This document shows positions 1-9,179 of a stretch of 64,000 nucleotides of DNA, one piece after another (position 1 is the stretch's first letter; each line of letters opens with the position of its first letter). The stretch covers positions 54,647-118,646 of the forward strand of contig CAYWMD010000009.1 of the NCBI GenBank assembly GCA_964458575.1. The letters are read 5' to 3'. Made by a program: the position numbers and the translations under genes. This DNA is from an uncultured Bifidobacteriaceae bacterium (GTDB taxonomy: Bacteria; Verrucomicrobiota; Verrucomicrobiia; Limisphaerales; JADLHS01). The notes under the pieces are model-generated. The model was not told where the DNA came from, did not search any database, and saw only the letters and a list, made by a program, of their open reading frames with translations.

Positions 1-206
1 GCGACTTCGAGCCGGGTGATGTCATGCACGACATAGACTGCCCGTCCGCCAAGTTCACGCACCGCGCGGCTGAGTTCTGTTTCGCGGCGGCCGACAAGCA
101 CCACCGCGGCACCAGCATGGACAAAACAACGCGCCATGCCGAAACCCAGACCGGTGCCGCCACCAGTGATCAGCACTCTCTCTCCCTTGAGCGAAAAGGC
201 GTCCAT
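1..206 (-). CDS. Short-chain dehydrogenase/reductase (SDR), N-terminal part only; the gene runs off the left edge
   Basis: Reverse translation from the ATG at 206 gives [49 protein letters not shown]..., which carries the classical SDR TGxxxGxG Rossmann motif. It starts 4 nt after the stop of the upstream enolase-family gene on the same strand. It is truncated and so is absent from the ORF track. Confidence 0.8.
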   Translation of the reverse strand, partial: MDAFSLKGERVLITGGGTGLGFGMARCFVHAGAAVVLVGRRETELSRAVRELGGRAVYVVHDITRLEV

Positions 207-209
207 CAA

Positions 210-1289
210 TCAAAGCTCCGTCAGTTTGTCGTCCTTGAAGGAAAATCCCCAGCCCGGTCCCTCGTTTGGATATGCGAACCCGTCCTTCACGCGAATCGGG
301 TGAGTCACCAGATCATCTACCCAGTCAAACGACTCCGCCCCGAGCGCATTGGCCACCGTCATCAACAACGGCACATCGTATTCTTTGTAGAAATGCGGCA
401 GCACGGGGAGATGATGCGCGTGGGCCAGCGCCGCGGACGCGCGCCACGCTTCCACGCCGCCGAGACGGAGGATGTCCGGTTGCCAGAGATCAATGGCATT
501 CCGCCGAATCAACTCACGCAGCGCAACCGTGTCGAACTCCCGTTCGCCCATCGCCAGGGCAATGCCCGCTTGCCGGCGCAATTGCTCGTACCCGGCGAAA
601 TCGGTGTGGGGCAGAGGTTCTTCGAACCAGGTAATTCGCAGGTTACGAACGGCGTCGGCCAATTGTAAGGCCTGCGCCACCGTCAATCCCTGATTGGCGT
701 CCATCATCACGTCCACTTGCGGTCCAACGGCCTCCCGCACCCGCCGTAGTCGTTCAACGTCCCGTTCCGGTTCCGGCGAACCGACCTTCACCTTGACGGC
801 GCGAAAGCCGCGTTGAACGTGGTGTCTGACTTCGGCCACGAGTTCGTCCACCGAATAAGAGAGCCACCCTCCACTTCCGTACAGAGGCACTCGTTCGTGA
901 CAGATGCCAAACAATTTCCAGACGGGTTGCTCCAGTGTTTTCGCCCACGCGTCCCACATGGCGATATTGATGGCGCCAAGCGCCCAACGATGAACGCCCG
1001 GATGACCGAAATACTCGCTTTCCTTTTCATATTGACGAATGAAACAACCGGTTTGGTTGACCTCAAAGCCGACGGCTAATGCGCGAATATCCCGTAGCGC
1101 ACCTGCGATGGCTTGCGGCGAGTAATGAAAGGCGAGCAGATAGCTCTCGCCAATGATCCCCGAGTGAAGTTGGAGGCGCGTGACAACAAACGCGATTTCG
1201 CGAAGCTCATGCGTGCTGTCGTTCAACGGCCTGGCCAGCGCGGTGGTGGCGCGAAAGAAATCAACGGCCTTGATCGCGAGCGTTTTCAT
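210..1289 (-). CDS. Enolase-superfamily enzyme, mandelate racemase/muconate lactonizing subgroup (probable sugar-acid dehydratase)
   Basis: 359-aa ORF. It shows the KxK block (RAVKVKVG) and metal-ligand blocks DANQG, FEEP and AMGERE. The layout is a typical N-terminal capping domain plus TIM barrel. It is tightly linked to the SDR gene. Confidence 0.9.
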   Translation of the reverse strand: MKTLAIKAVDFFRATTALARPLNDSTHELREIAFVVTRLQLHSGIIGESYLLAFHYSPQAIAGALRDIRALAVGFEVNQTGCFIRQYEKESEYFGHPGVHRWALGAINIAMWDAWAKTLEQPVWKLFGICHERVPLYGSGGWLSYSVDELVAEVRHHVQRGFRAVKVKVGSPEPERDVERLRRVREAVGPQVDVMMDANQGLTVAQALQLADAVRNLRITWFEEPLPHTDFAGYEQLRRQAGIALAMGEREFDTVALRELIRRNAIDLWQPDILRLGGVEAWRASAALAHAHHLPVLPHFYKEYDVPLLMTVANALGAESFDWVDDLVTHPIRVKDGFAYPNEGPGWGFSFKDDKLTEL

Positions 1290-1536
1290 CGGTTTCCGGC
1301 AGCAGCCACTTCGTGAAATTAGAACCCTGTCGAACTGGATGTCGAGGTTTTATCATAACAGGAGCAAGCGCGACGAATTCACTGCGGGCGGAAATCGGAA
1401 GGCCGGTGCGGTGATTCGGTCCGCGCCGTTTTGAGATAATCCTCAATCCGCTAAATGACGTCTTGATGCGCGGTTGCCACGTCGTTGTGTTCACCCGAAT
1501 AGCGGCCTACTGATGGGAAAAAGTTAGAGATGCTAT

Positions 1537-1566
1537 TTGACTTGGGCGGGTTGGCTCGTCAATATT
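1537..1566 (+). promoter_or_regulatory. Candidate sigma70-like promoter (TTGACT-N18-AATATT) upstream of the tandem PEP-CTERM genes
   Basis: TTGACT at 1537-1542, an 18-nt spacer, and AATATT at 1561-1566, about 190 nt upstream of the ATG at 1756. This is a pattern match only. Confidence 0.15.
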
Positions 1567-1755
1567 GCGATTAACAGGCAAAGCACTGCCTGCGGGCGAA
1601 AACATGAACGCGAAGCGCGGATGTTGCCGTTCGCTGCGGAAAAAACGTTTCCACGGCACAGGGAGGCTTCATGCTTTCAATGGCAGCAATTCAGGCCGGT
1701 ACGTGTTCCAGTTCCGCAATGGTGTTCCAACGAATACTCCTCCAGAAAGGTCTTT

Positions 1756-2376
1756 ATGAAAGGCATCATGGTCCATTTGGAAATTACGGTGCTCGCAGGT
1801 TCGCTGCTCTTGAGTTTGCCCCACTCGCTCGCGGCTCAAGGTACGCTCGTTTTTAACGGTGGTTTTAACACCGATGCCAATGGATGGGTGGCGAGCAACA
1901 TCGGTCTTAATGGAGGGTACTTCAATGCAAAAGGAAACCCAGGCGGGTTCTTTTTACTCAACAACACGCCTGCACCTTCGACCTGCCCGACCATCAGTCA
2001 ATCCATTAGCGGATTGGTTATCGGTGGCGTTTATCTCGTCTCCCTGGATGTTGTTTACTCAGGGACTCACGTAGGTCCTTTGCCCGTTAAGCCAAGTTTC
2101 GGAGTCGCTGTCGACGGCATTTTCTTGCTTGAATATACCACTCAAGGCCAGTCCGAATGGCAGACGTTGGAGGTTTTCTACACCGCTCTCAATCCGAGCG
2201 TCGTTTTGAGCCTTGCTGCACGAATTAATGATACAGATGTGGCTTACGGGGTCGACAACATCGCCATGTACGCAATCCCCGAGCCTTCATTTCTGGCTTT
2301 GTTAAGTTGCGCCAGCCTGGTGATTTTGGCGTGGCGCAAGCGGACACGCAGACGCGAGCCACTCATCAAAACATGA
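1756..2376 (+). CDS. PEP-CTERM sorting-domain protein with a DUF642-like jelly-roll N-domain
   Basis: The ATG at codon 74 of track ORF 1537..2376 gives a signal peptide, MKGIMVHLEITVLAGSLLLSLPHSLAAQG. The mature part starts NGGFNTDANGW. The C-terminus is IPEPSFLALLSCASLVILAWRKRTRRR, which is PEP followed by a TM helix and a basic tail. Confidence 0.85.
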   Translation: MKGIMVHLEITVLAGSLLLSLPHSLAAQGTLVFNGGFNTDANGWVASNIGLNGGYFNAKGNPGGFFLLNNTPAPSTCPTISQSISGLVIGGVYLVSLDVVYSGTHVGPLPVKPSFGVAVDGIFLLEYTTQGQSEWQTLEVFYTALNPSVVLSLAARINDTDVAYGVDNIAMYAIPEPSFLALLSCASLVILAWRKRTRRREPLIKT

Positions 2377-2406
2377 AAGCGAAGTTGATTGCGGCGTCAC
2401 TCATCA

Positions 2407-3006
2407 ATGAAAGTCACCATGGTCCATTTGGAAATTACGGTGCTTGCAGGTTCTCTGCTCTTGAGTTTGCCCCAGCCGCTTGTTGCCCAGGGCACCCTCG
2501 TCGTGAACGGCGGCTTTGACCTCGGTACGAATGGTTGGACCGTGACGAACATGAGCGGGCCCGGTTGGGATCCGAATAAGGGCAATCCGGGAGGCTGGGT
2601 GGAACTGGACTCATTGTCACCGTCACTAGTCACCGATCCCACCATCAGCCAGATGATCACCGGTTTGATTCCCAGCCAGAGTTACTTGGTGAGCGGCGAC
2701 TTTTCAAAGACCATCAACCGGAACGGCATCCCCACCGGTTTGAGCTTTGGCGTGGCTTTGGACAATGTGCATTTCTTTGAAACGGCGGACCCCGGGGATT
2801 TTCTCTGGCACAGCTTCAGTTTCGCCTATACGGCGACGGCTTCAAGCGCGCTCCTCAGTTTTTCCGCGCAAAGAAACGGGACCCAAGTTTCTTACGGCAT
2901 AGACAACATCTGGATGGGGGTGCCCGAACCTTCGGTGTTGGTTTTGGTCGCTTTGGGCGGTTTCATCTCTGCGGCGCGGTGGCGCGGAAGAAATTCACGG
3001 ACTTGA
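2407..3006 (+). CDS. PEP-CTERM sorting-domain protein, tandem paralogue of 1756..2376
   Basis: Signal peptide MKVTMVHLEITVLAGSLLLSLPQPLVAQG, then NGGFDLGTNGW. The C-terminus is VPEPSVLVLVALGGFISAARWRGRNSR. It lies 30 nt after the previous stop. Confidence 0.85.
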   Translation: MKVTMVHLEITVLAGSLLLSLPQPLVAQGTLVVNGGFDLGTNGWTVTNMSGPGWDPNKGNPGGWVELDSLSPSLVTDPTISQMITGLIPSQSYLVSGDFSKTINRNGIPTGLSFGVALDNVHFFETADPGDFLWHSFSFAYTATASSALLSFSAQRNGTQVSYGIDNIWMGVPEPSVLVLVALGGFISAARWRGRNSRT

Positions 3007-3052
3007 TGGCGAGCGGTTCCATCGTCAGATTTCCTGGCACTTCATAGCGTCC

Positions 3053-4483
3053 TCACCGCGCGGCTTCGCGGGGCGGGGTGGACGGCCAATGCGGGGATTC
3101 GGTGCGCACGTCCTTCAAGTAGGCCCCGATCCGGGCCAGCACTCGGGGGTGTCTGGCGGCGACATCGTTCTGCTCCGAAGGGTCGCGGTTCAAATCGTAA
3201 AGCTCCATTGCGTCCCGCTCCGCATAACGCACGGCCTTCCAGCGTCCCCACCGCACCGCCTGATTCAGCCCGCGCTTGGGATATTCCCAGTAAAGAAATC
3301 GTTCGGGCAATTGGTGGCGGTGTCCCAGCACGACCGGGGAGACGTCCACGCCGTCACACGCGGGAAACGGTGCGCCCGCCAGCGCCGCCAGCGTGGGGAC
3401 CGCGTCGGCGAAATACCAGATGGCGTCGCTGATCTTGCCGGCGGGAATCTTGCCCGGCCAGCGGACCAGCATCGGCGTGCGGATGCCGCCCTCGTAAAGT
3501 TCTCCCTTCTTGCCGCGCTGTCCAAGGTGGCTGTGGAACAAATCACCCCAGGGCCGCGCGGGCGCGCCGTTGTCGGAACTGAAAAACACCACGGTCTTTT
3601 CGTCCAACTTCAATTCAGCCAGCAGGTCGAGCATCCGCCCCACGTCGCGATCCAGCCGGCTGACCATCGCGGCATAGATTTTGGCCGTCTCCGGCCACGG
3701 CTGCGCGGCATAACCTCCGAGGTCGGGCACCTCCAGTCGGTCGTGGGGAATGGTGTAGGCCACGTAGAGAAAAAACGGGCGGGCGTGATTTCGGCGGATG
3801 AAGTCGAGCGCGAATTCGGTGAACAGGTCGTGCGTATATTGTTCCTTTCGACCGCTTTGGTTGCCCGCGAGTTCGTAACGTCGTTCGTTCTTCCAGAGAT
3901 AAGGTGTGTAATAATACGCCGCATGGTTTTGGTTCAAATAGCCAAGCCACTCGTCAAAGCCTTTTCGGTTCGGAACTCCGTCGTTGTCAGGTTCTGCGAG
4001 TCCCCACTTTCCGGTGATGCCCGTGGCGTATCCGGCTTTCTTGAGAAGCTCCGCCACCGTCACGTCCTCGGTGCGCAGGGACAAACGGCGCTGTCCTTCT
4101 CCGAAGCTTTCGACGATCCCGCCCACCTGCGGCGAGTTGTCGCGAATCCGGGTGTGTCCGGTGTGAAGGCCCGTCATCAGCACGTTGCGTGACGGCGCGC
4201 AAACGGGCGAGCCGGCGTAACACTGGGTGAAGCGCGTGCCTTCGCTCGCCATGCGGTCAATCCGCGGTGTCTGAATCAGTTTCTGCCCGTAACAACCGAG
4301 GTCGCCGCAGCCCAGATCATCGGCCAGGATAAAAATGAAATTGGGCCGGGGCCGTTGTCCACCGGGTTTGCTCCAACTTTCCGACGGTACGGCAACGACC
4401 GTCCGGACCAGGACGAACAACAACAGCGCAGTCAACCACTTGCCTTGGGTCCGCCCGCGCCACGCTGGCAAACAAATGCGCAT
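3053..4483 (-). CDS. Type I sulfatase (arylsulfatase A family), secreted
   Basis: 476 aa from the ATG at 4483 (MRICLPAWRGRTQGKWLTALLLFVLV...). It has the IFILADDLG block and the sulfatase signature CAPSRNVLMTGLHTGHTR, which is the C-x-P-x-R formylglycine site. The upstream 319 codons of track ORF 3053..5440 are antisense to the next gene and were discarded. Confidence 0.92.
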   Translation of the reverse strand: MRICLPAWRGRTQGKWLTALLLFVLVRTVVAVPSESWSKPGGQRPRPNFIFILADDLGCGDLGCYGQKLIQTPRIDRMASEGTRFTQCYAGSPVCAPSRNVLMTGLHTGHTRIRDNSPQVGGIVESFGEGQRRLSLRTEDVTVAELLKKAGYATGITGKWGLAEPDNDGVPNRKGFDEWLGYLNQNHAAYYYTPYLWKNERRYELAGNQSGRKEQYTHDLFTEFALDFIRRNHARPFFLYVAYTIPHDRLEVPDLGGYAAQPWPETAKIYAAMVSRLDRDVGRMLDLLAELKLDEKTVVFFSSDNGAPARPWGDLFHSHLGQRGKKGELYEGGIRTPMLVRWPGKIPAGKISDAIWYFADAVPTLAALAGAPFPACDGVDVSPVVLGHRHQLPERFLYWEYPKRGLNQAVRWGRWKAVRYAERDAMELYDLNRDPSEQNDVAARHPRVLARIGAYLKDVRTESPHWPSTPPREAAR

Positions 4484-4675
4484 TTCGGAATCTGGAGCTG
4501 GAGTTTCATCCGGGGCGCGGGGCGATTTCAATGAAGTTTCAACCGTCGAACCATGCCAAGGGAGCATCGCCCGGATGCCGTAAGAGCATTGCGCGAGACG
4601 GCCAAAAAAATGATATACGGAAGCATGAATCACCATTGGCATAATCCAGTTGTGACACGCCCCGGTTCGTCCCCG

Positions 4676-6637
4676 ATGAAATGGAGGCGACGAGTCACCG
4701 TTTCGGTTATGACCCTGGCGGCGCTTGCGGCTTCCCTTGTGGCCGTTGCGGGCCCAATGCCGCCGTCGCTGGAGGAATCCGCGCCCGAACCGGTCAAATA
4801 CACCGGCGATCTCAAGCCGGATAAGTGGTTCTTCGACGGCAAACTGCCACACGCGGTCGGCGTCCATCGCTATCAGGCGTTCCGCGCCAATCGCGCGCAT
4901 CCCACCGAGCCGGGGCCGGTCGGGTTCACCTACAACCACCAACCGTATCTCGCCTATTGGAACGGAAAGTTTTACCTGCATTATCTCGCCGGACTTGTCG
5001 CGGAACACACGCCGCCCACCCGCGTGATGCTGATGACTTCGCCCGATGGCCGCACCTGGAGCAAGCCCGAGGTGCTTTTCCCGGAATACGCCCTGCCCGA
5101 GATCAAAGACGGGGATGATGTCATCCCCGCCGGCACCAAATCGGTCATGCATCAGCGCATGGGTCTCTACGTTGCGCCTAACGGGAAATTGCTGGCGTTC
5201 GGATTCTATGGCTTCTCGGCCACCCCGCGTCGTTCGCCCAATGCGGGCAACGGACTCGGTCGCGTGGTTCGTGAGATCCGCAGGAACGGCGGTTTCGGGC
5301 CGATCTACTTCATCCGCTACAATCGTCACGCCGGTTTCAATGAATCCAACACGCGATACCCGTTTTACCAGACCAGCCAGGACAAGGATTTTCTCGCAGC
5401 GTGTGAATCCATTCTGACGAACAAGCTCGTGAGCCTGCAATGGTGGGAGGAAGATCGCGCCAAAGACGGTTTTTACGCGCTTGATCCTTCACAGGCAGTG
5501 GACGGCGCGTATTTTTCGAGCCGCATCACCACTTCTGAGGGCGCAGGAAAAGCATTCAGTTTCTTCCACCGACCGGACGGCGTTGTGGTGGGCCTTTGGA
5601 AAAACCAATACTCCGCCATGAGCCCGGACAATGGCGCGACGTGGACGAAGATCACGCGCAACACCTCGCTGCTGACCTGCGGCGCGAAAACCTGGGGGCA
5701 GCGCACGGACGACGGCCGCTACGCCATTGTGCATAATCAATCCGCGACGAAGCGAAATCGTTTTCCGATGGTCGCCATCGTTGGCGATGATGGGCACACG
5801 TTTGACCGGATGTTTTGTCTGCACGGGGAGGTTCCGCTCAAGCGATATCAGGGCATCCACAAAAACTCCGGCCCGCAATACTTCCGCGGCATCGTCGAGG
5901 GCAACGGCAATCCGCCGGGTGACGAGATGTGGAACACTTACAGCGTGAACAAGGAAGACATCTGGATTTCGCGCACCCGCGTGCCCATCACCGGCGCGGT
6001 CGCCGCGGAGGTCAAGGACGACTTCAATCAGGCCAGTACGGTTTCGGATCTGGAGTGGTGGAGTATTTATTCGCTGAAGTGGGCGCCGGTTTCCATCGGA
6101 AAGGAAGGGAGCAACAAATTCCTGATTCTTCGCGACGAAGAACCTTACGATTACGCCCTGGCCGAGCGGATTTTTCCCGCCGCATCGAAAAAGGAGATTC
6201 ACTTCCGCTACAAGGTCGCCGATGTGTCCGCAGGACACGCACTGGAAATCGAAGTGCAGGATCAGAAAGGCAACCGCCCCATCCGCCTGCGCATAGATAA
6301 GACTTGGCTGGGCTTCGACAACAAACTCTCCGCGCGGGATCCCGTGCGGGTCGAGCCGGGCCGATGGTATGACGTCACCTTGAAAGTGGACTGCGAGGCC
6401 GGAACGTATCGGTTTGCGCTGAATGGTTCGTGGTTGAAGGATGCGATTGCCTTTGGCGAGAAGGCGGAATTGGTGGAGCGGATCGTGTTCCGGACCGGGC
6501 CTTATCGCGGCATGGTGCCGGCCGATTGGGTGGATGGCAATTTCAAGACCAGCGGTATGGAGAGTGAAGACCTCCCCGGCGCGGACGAGAAGTCGCCGCT
6601 CTGTCGCTACTTTGTGGATGATTTGACAACGAACTGA
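4676..6637 (+). CDS. Secreted BNR/sialidase-like beta-propeller protein with a C-terminal LamG/jelly-roll-like domain
   Basis: The ATG at 4676 gives a signal peptide, MKWRRRVTVSVMTLAALAASLVAVAG. Asp-box-like motifs are SPDGRTWSKP, SPDNGATWTK and GDDGHTF. The C-terminal ~190 aa is a beta-sandwich-like region. A paralogue at 9180..11126 is clearly alignable through shared blocks HQRMG, GPIYF(I/L)RY, WGQRT(D/E)DGR, GEVPL(K/R)RY and YSVNKEDIW(I/V)SR. Confidence 0.75.
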   Translation: MKWRRRVTVSVMTLAALAASLVAVAGPMPPSLEESAPEPVKYTGDLKPDKWFFDGKLPHAVGVHRYQAFRANRAHPTEPGPVGFTYNHQPYLAYWNGKFYLHYLAGLVAEHTPPTRVMLMTSPDGRTWSKPEVLFPEYALPEIKDGDDVIPAGTKSVMHQRMGLYVAPNGKLLAFGFYGFSATPRRSPNAGNGLGRVVREIRRNGGFGPIYFIRYNRHAGFNESNTRYPFYQTSQDKDFLAACESILTNKLVSLQWWEEDRAKDGFYALDPSQAVDGAYFSSRITTSEGAGKAFSFFHRPDGVVVGLWKNQYSAMSPDNGATWTKITRNTSLLTCGAKTWGQRTDDGRYAIVHNQSATKRNRFPMVAIVGDDGHTFDRMFCLHGEVPLKRYQGIHKNSGPQYFRGIVEGNGNPPGDEMWNTYSVNKEDIWISRTRVPITGAVAAEVKDDFNQASTVSDLEWWSIYSLKWAPVSIGKEGSNKFLILRDEEPYDYALAERIFPAASKKEIHFRYKVADVSAGHALEIEVQDQKGNRPIRLRIDKTWLGFDNKLSARDPVRVEPGRWYDVTLKVDCEAGTYRFALNGSWLKDAIAFGEKAELVERIVFRTGPYRGMVPADWVDGNFKTSGMESEDLPGADEKSPLCRYFVDDLTTN

Positions 6638-6672
6638 TCTCAAAAACGGAACTGAGCAGCCGGGTCACGCAG

Positions 6673-9177
6673 ATGAATGCCGCGAAAACGAGCAGCGGAG
6701 AAAAGGAGAAAAGTCGAATCCAGCTTCGGAAGTCGCCCTCGCCTTTGCTCCCTTTCCCCCTTGCCTCTCTGCACGTCAGGGGTCTGGCCGTAATCGCCTC
6801 GCTGGCAGTTGCCACCGCCGCCGCTGCGTCGCTCCAAACCGGACGCCCGTCCGAAACATCGCCGCAGGAATTCGAGAATTCAGTCCGAATCAAAATGATT
6901 CGGATTCCCGCCGGGGACTTTCTTATGGGCAGCGAGGCGCCCACCGACCCGGCCGTGCTGAGACAGTCGCCCGTGTTACCGCGCGGCGATTACGACGAAA
7001 AGCCGGTTCATGCCGTGCGCATCACATACGACTTTTACATGTCGGAAACGGAAATCACCGCGAAGCAGTACGCGGACTTTCGCCAGGACTATGAAGACCT
7101 CGGACCGGCGAGTCCCTCCGCCTGCGGGATGAGTTGGGACGACGCGGTGGCGTTTTGCGATTGGTTGAGCCGCAAGGAGGGCAAACCCTACCGGCTGCCG
7201 ACCGAGGCCGAGTGGGAATACGCCTGCCGCGCCGGCACGACCGGACATTTTTCTTCGGGCGATCACCCCCCGGCCAGCGGCGAGCCGAACGCTTGGGGAT
7301 TGAAAAACATGCACACTGACGCGGCGGAGTGGGTGCTCGATTGGCACGACCTGTATCCGGACGAACCGGAAACCGATCCGGTCGGGCCGGCCTCAGGCTA
7401 CGCCAGAGTTGTTCGCGGCGGCGGGTTGTGCGGACCTTACCTTGGCAGTTCCGACAAGTATCCCAACGATGGAAGATTGCCCTACTACCGGCGGTCGGCC
7501 AATCGCGCGGCCATCGCGCCCGCCTGGAGGGGCGTGCATTACATCGGCTTCCGCGTCGTCCTGGCGCCGCTGCCGAAAACGCCCCCGCGCGAAACCAGCC
7601 GAAGTCTGCACGAGCAGTTCGTCAAACAAACCAACCCGCGCGTTCAACTCGGCCCGGACCCGGCGAAGCCGTGGTTTCGCCAGCGCGACGTGCTGCCCAT
7701 TCCGCCCGCCAACATAAGCGAGGAAGCCATCCGCGCTGCGGGCTTGCCGCCGGGCTTGCTCGGGTTCAATCACAATCCGGCGCTTACGGCTTGTCCGAAC
7801 GGCGATTTGCTGGTCCTGTTTTTCAGCGCCCCCGTGCCGCATATCGAAGACCTGGCGAGCGTGAGCATCAGCGGAGCGCGGTTGCGATTCGGCAGCGACC
7901 GATGGGACATGCCCGGCGTGTTCTTCGACCTGATTGACATTAAGGACATCGCCCCGACGCTCTGGACCGAGGGCCGGACGCTCTATTTCTTCGACGGCGG
8001 CACCGGGATGCACGACGTGCCGTTCCGCTGGCGCACCTCGGAGGACAACGGCGCGACGTGGGGGCCGGTGCATCTCCCGCTGATCTTCGGTCCGCGCGGC
8101 GGCTCGTTTCCGCAACCCATCTCGCGCGGCTTCCACGGAACGGATGGAACACTCTACATGCCGTGCGACGGCCTGGGCGGTGAATCGCTGTTGTGGGCCA
8201 GCCGCGACAACGGCCTGACGTGGTTCGACACTGCCGGGCGCACAGGCGGACGGCACTCGGTGGTGGTCGTGCTCAACGATGGAAGTTTTTTGGCCATGGG
8301 CGGCAAGGCCTCGAACATCGAGGGCTTCATGCCGCAATCCATCTCCCGCGACGGCGGCAAGACTTGGGCGGTCAGCAAGACTGGATTCCCCGCCGTGGGC
8401 AAAAACCAGCAACGTCCCGCGTTCATCCGCCTGGCCAGCGGACGGCTTTTCTTTGCCGCCGATTGGCAGAACGCCGAGGGCCAATCGCCGCCCGGCATCA
8501 CCAATGTCGGTTCGTATGTCGCCCTGTCCGACGACGAAGGCAAGACCTGGCATCAGAAACCACTGCCCGGGGTGTTGCCGAATTTCCGCTGGCTCTTTCG
8601 CGACCGGCCTGACTGGGGACCGGTCAGCCCGCTCAAGGATGGCACGCTGGGCTACGCCATCGCGGCGCAATCACCCAACGGCCTCATTCATCTCGTCACC
8701 TCGGCCAATCATCCACCGCAGCATTTCGAGATGAACGAGGTGTGGATTGTCTCTGACTCGCGCGAGCCAACGCGCGTGACGGCGGGTGGCGGCGAACTGT
8801 GGACTGACAGCGAGAGTTACGCGGACGGCAAACCCAAGGCAACTTGGAGTGGTCGCCGGGACAGCAGCGGGCGCTATGTGCTCAACGGCAGGGAAACGCA
8901 TTACGATCCGGCCGGCCGCAAGGAATACGAGGCCACTTGGAACGACGGCGTGAAGTCCGGCGCGGAAACGCATTGGGACACTGCGGGGCGAAAAGTCTGG
9001 GAATGGCAGCATCAACCGGACGGTGGAAGCGTGTGGGCGCATTACTGGCCGGACGGCGGCAAAAAACAGGAATCCCGCTGGCGCGCAGGCCGCTGCGAGG
9101 GCGAAGCGACGCTCTGGGACAGGGACGGCAAAGTGACGGCGCGTCACCGATTCAAGGACGGGGAGATGATTGATTGA
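6673..9177 (+). CDS. Fusion protein: FGE-sulfatase (SUMF1-type) domain, BNR beta-propeller and MORN-variant repeats
   Basis: 834 aa with an N-terminal hydrophobic segment (LAVIASLAVATAAAA). Residues ~75-300 form a SUMF1/FGE-type fold (RIPAGDFLMGS, RLPTEAEWEYACRAGT, GFRVVLAP). The middle has four Asp-boxes (SEDNGATW, SRDNGLTW, SRDGGKTW, SDDEGKTW). The last ~110 aa are MORN-variant-like repeats (GRETHYDPAGRKEYEATWNDGVKSG, ETHWDTAGRKVWEW, ...). Confidence 0.8.
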   Translation: MNAAKTSSGEKEKSRIQLRKSPSPLLPFPLASLHVRGLAVIASLAVATAAAASLQTGRPSETSPQEFENSVRIKMIRIPAGDFLMGSEAPTDPAVLRQSPVLPRGDYDEKPVHAVRITYDFYMSETEITAKQYADFRQDYEDLGPASPSACGMSWDDAVAFCDWLSRKEGKPYRLPTEAEWEYACRAGTTGHFSSGDHPPASGEPNAWGLKNMHTDAAEWVLDWHDLYPDEPETDPVGPASGYARVVRGGGLCGPYLGSSDKYPNDGRLPYYRRSANRAAIAPAWRGVHYIGFRVVLAPLPKTPPRETSRSLHEQFVKQTNPRVQLGPDPAKPWFRQRDVLPIPPANISEEAIRAAGLPPGLLGFNHNPALTACPNGDLLVLFFSAPVPHIEDLASVSISGARLRFGSDRWDMPGVFFDLIDIKDIAPTLWTEGRTLYFFDGGTGMHDVPFRWRTSEDNGATWGPVHLPLIFGPRGGSFPQPISRGFHGTDGTLYMPCDGLGGESLLWASRDNGLTWFDTAGRTGGRHSVVVVLNDGSFLAMGGKASNIEGFMPQSISRDGGKTWAVSKTGFPAVGKNQQRPAFIRLASGRLFFAADWQNAEGQSPPGITNVGSYVALSDDEGKTWHQKPLPGVLPNFRWLFRDRPDWGPVSPLKDGTLGYAIAAQSPNGLIHLVTSANHPPQHFEMNEVWIVSDSREPTRVTAGGGELWTDSESYADGKPKATWSGRRDSSGRYVLNGRETHYDPAGRKEYEATWNDGVKSGAETHWDTAGRKVWEWQHQPDGGSVWAHYWPDGGKKQESRWRAGRCEGEATLWDRDGKVTARHRFKDGEMID

Positions 9178-9179
9178 AA

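Noticed and set aside
1290-1755. A sigma-54 (GG-N10-GC) promoter upstream of the PEP-CTERM genes, also searched in 37759-38009. Exosortase cargo is often under PrsK/PrsR-type control.
   Set aside because: The candidate strings (aggcaaagcactgcc at ~1577 and ttggcaaagtgcaag at ~37965) have the wrong GG-to-GC spacing. No match with correct spacing was found by eye.
4484-5440. The 319-codon N-terminal extension of the sulfatase ORF (track ORF 3053..5440).
   Set aside because: The extension is antisense to the BNR-like gene 4676..6637 and has no sulfatase similarity. The ATG at 4483 gives a normal signal peptide and a standard ~476-aa sulfatase.
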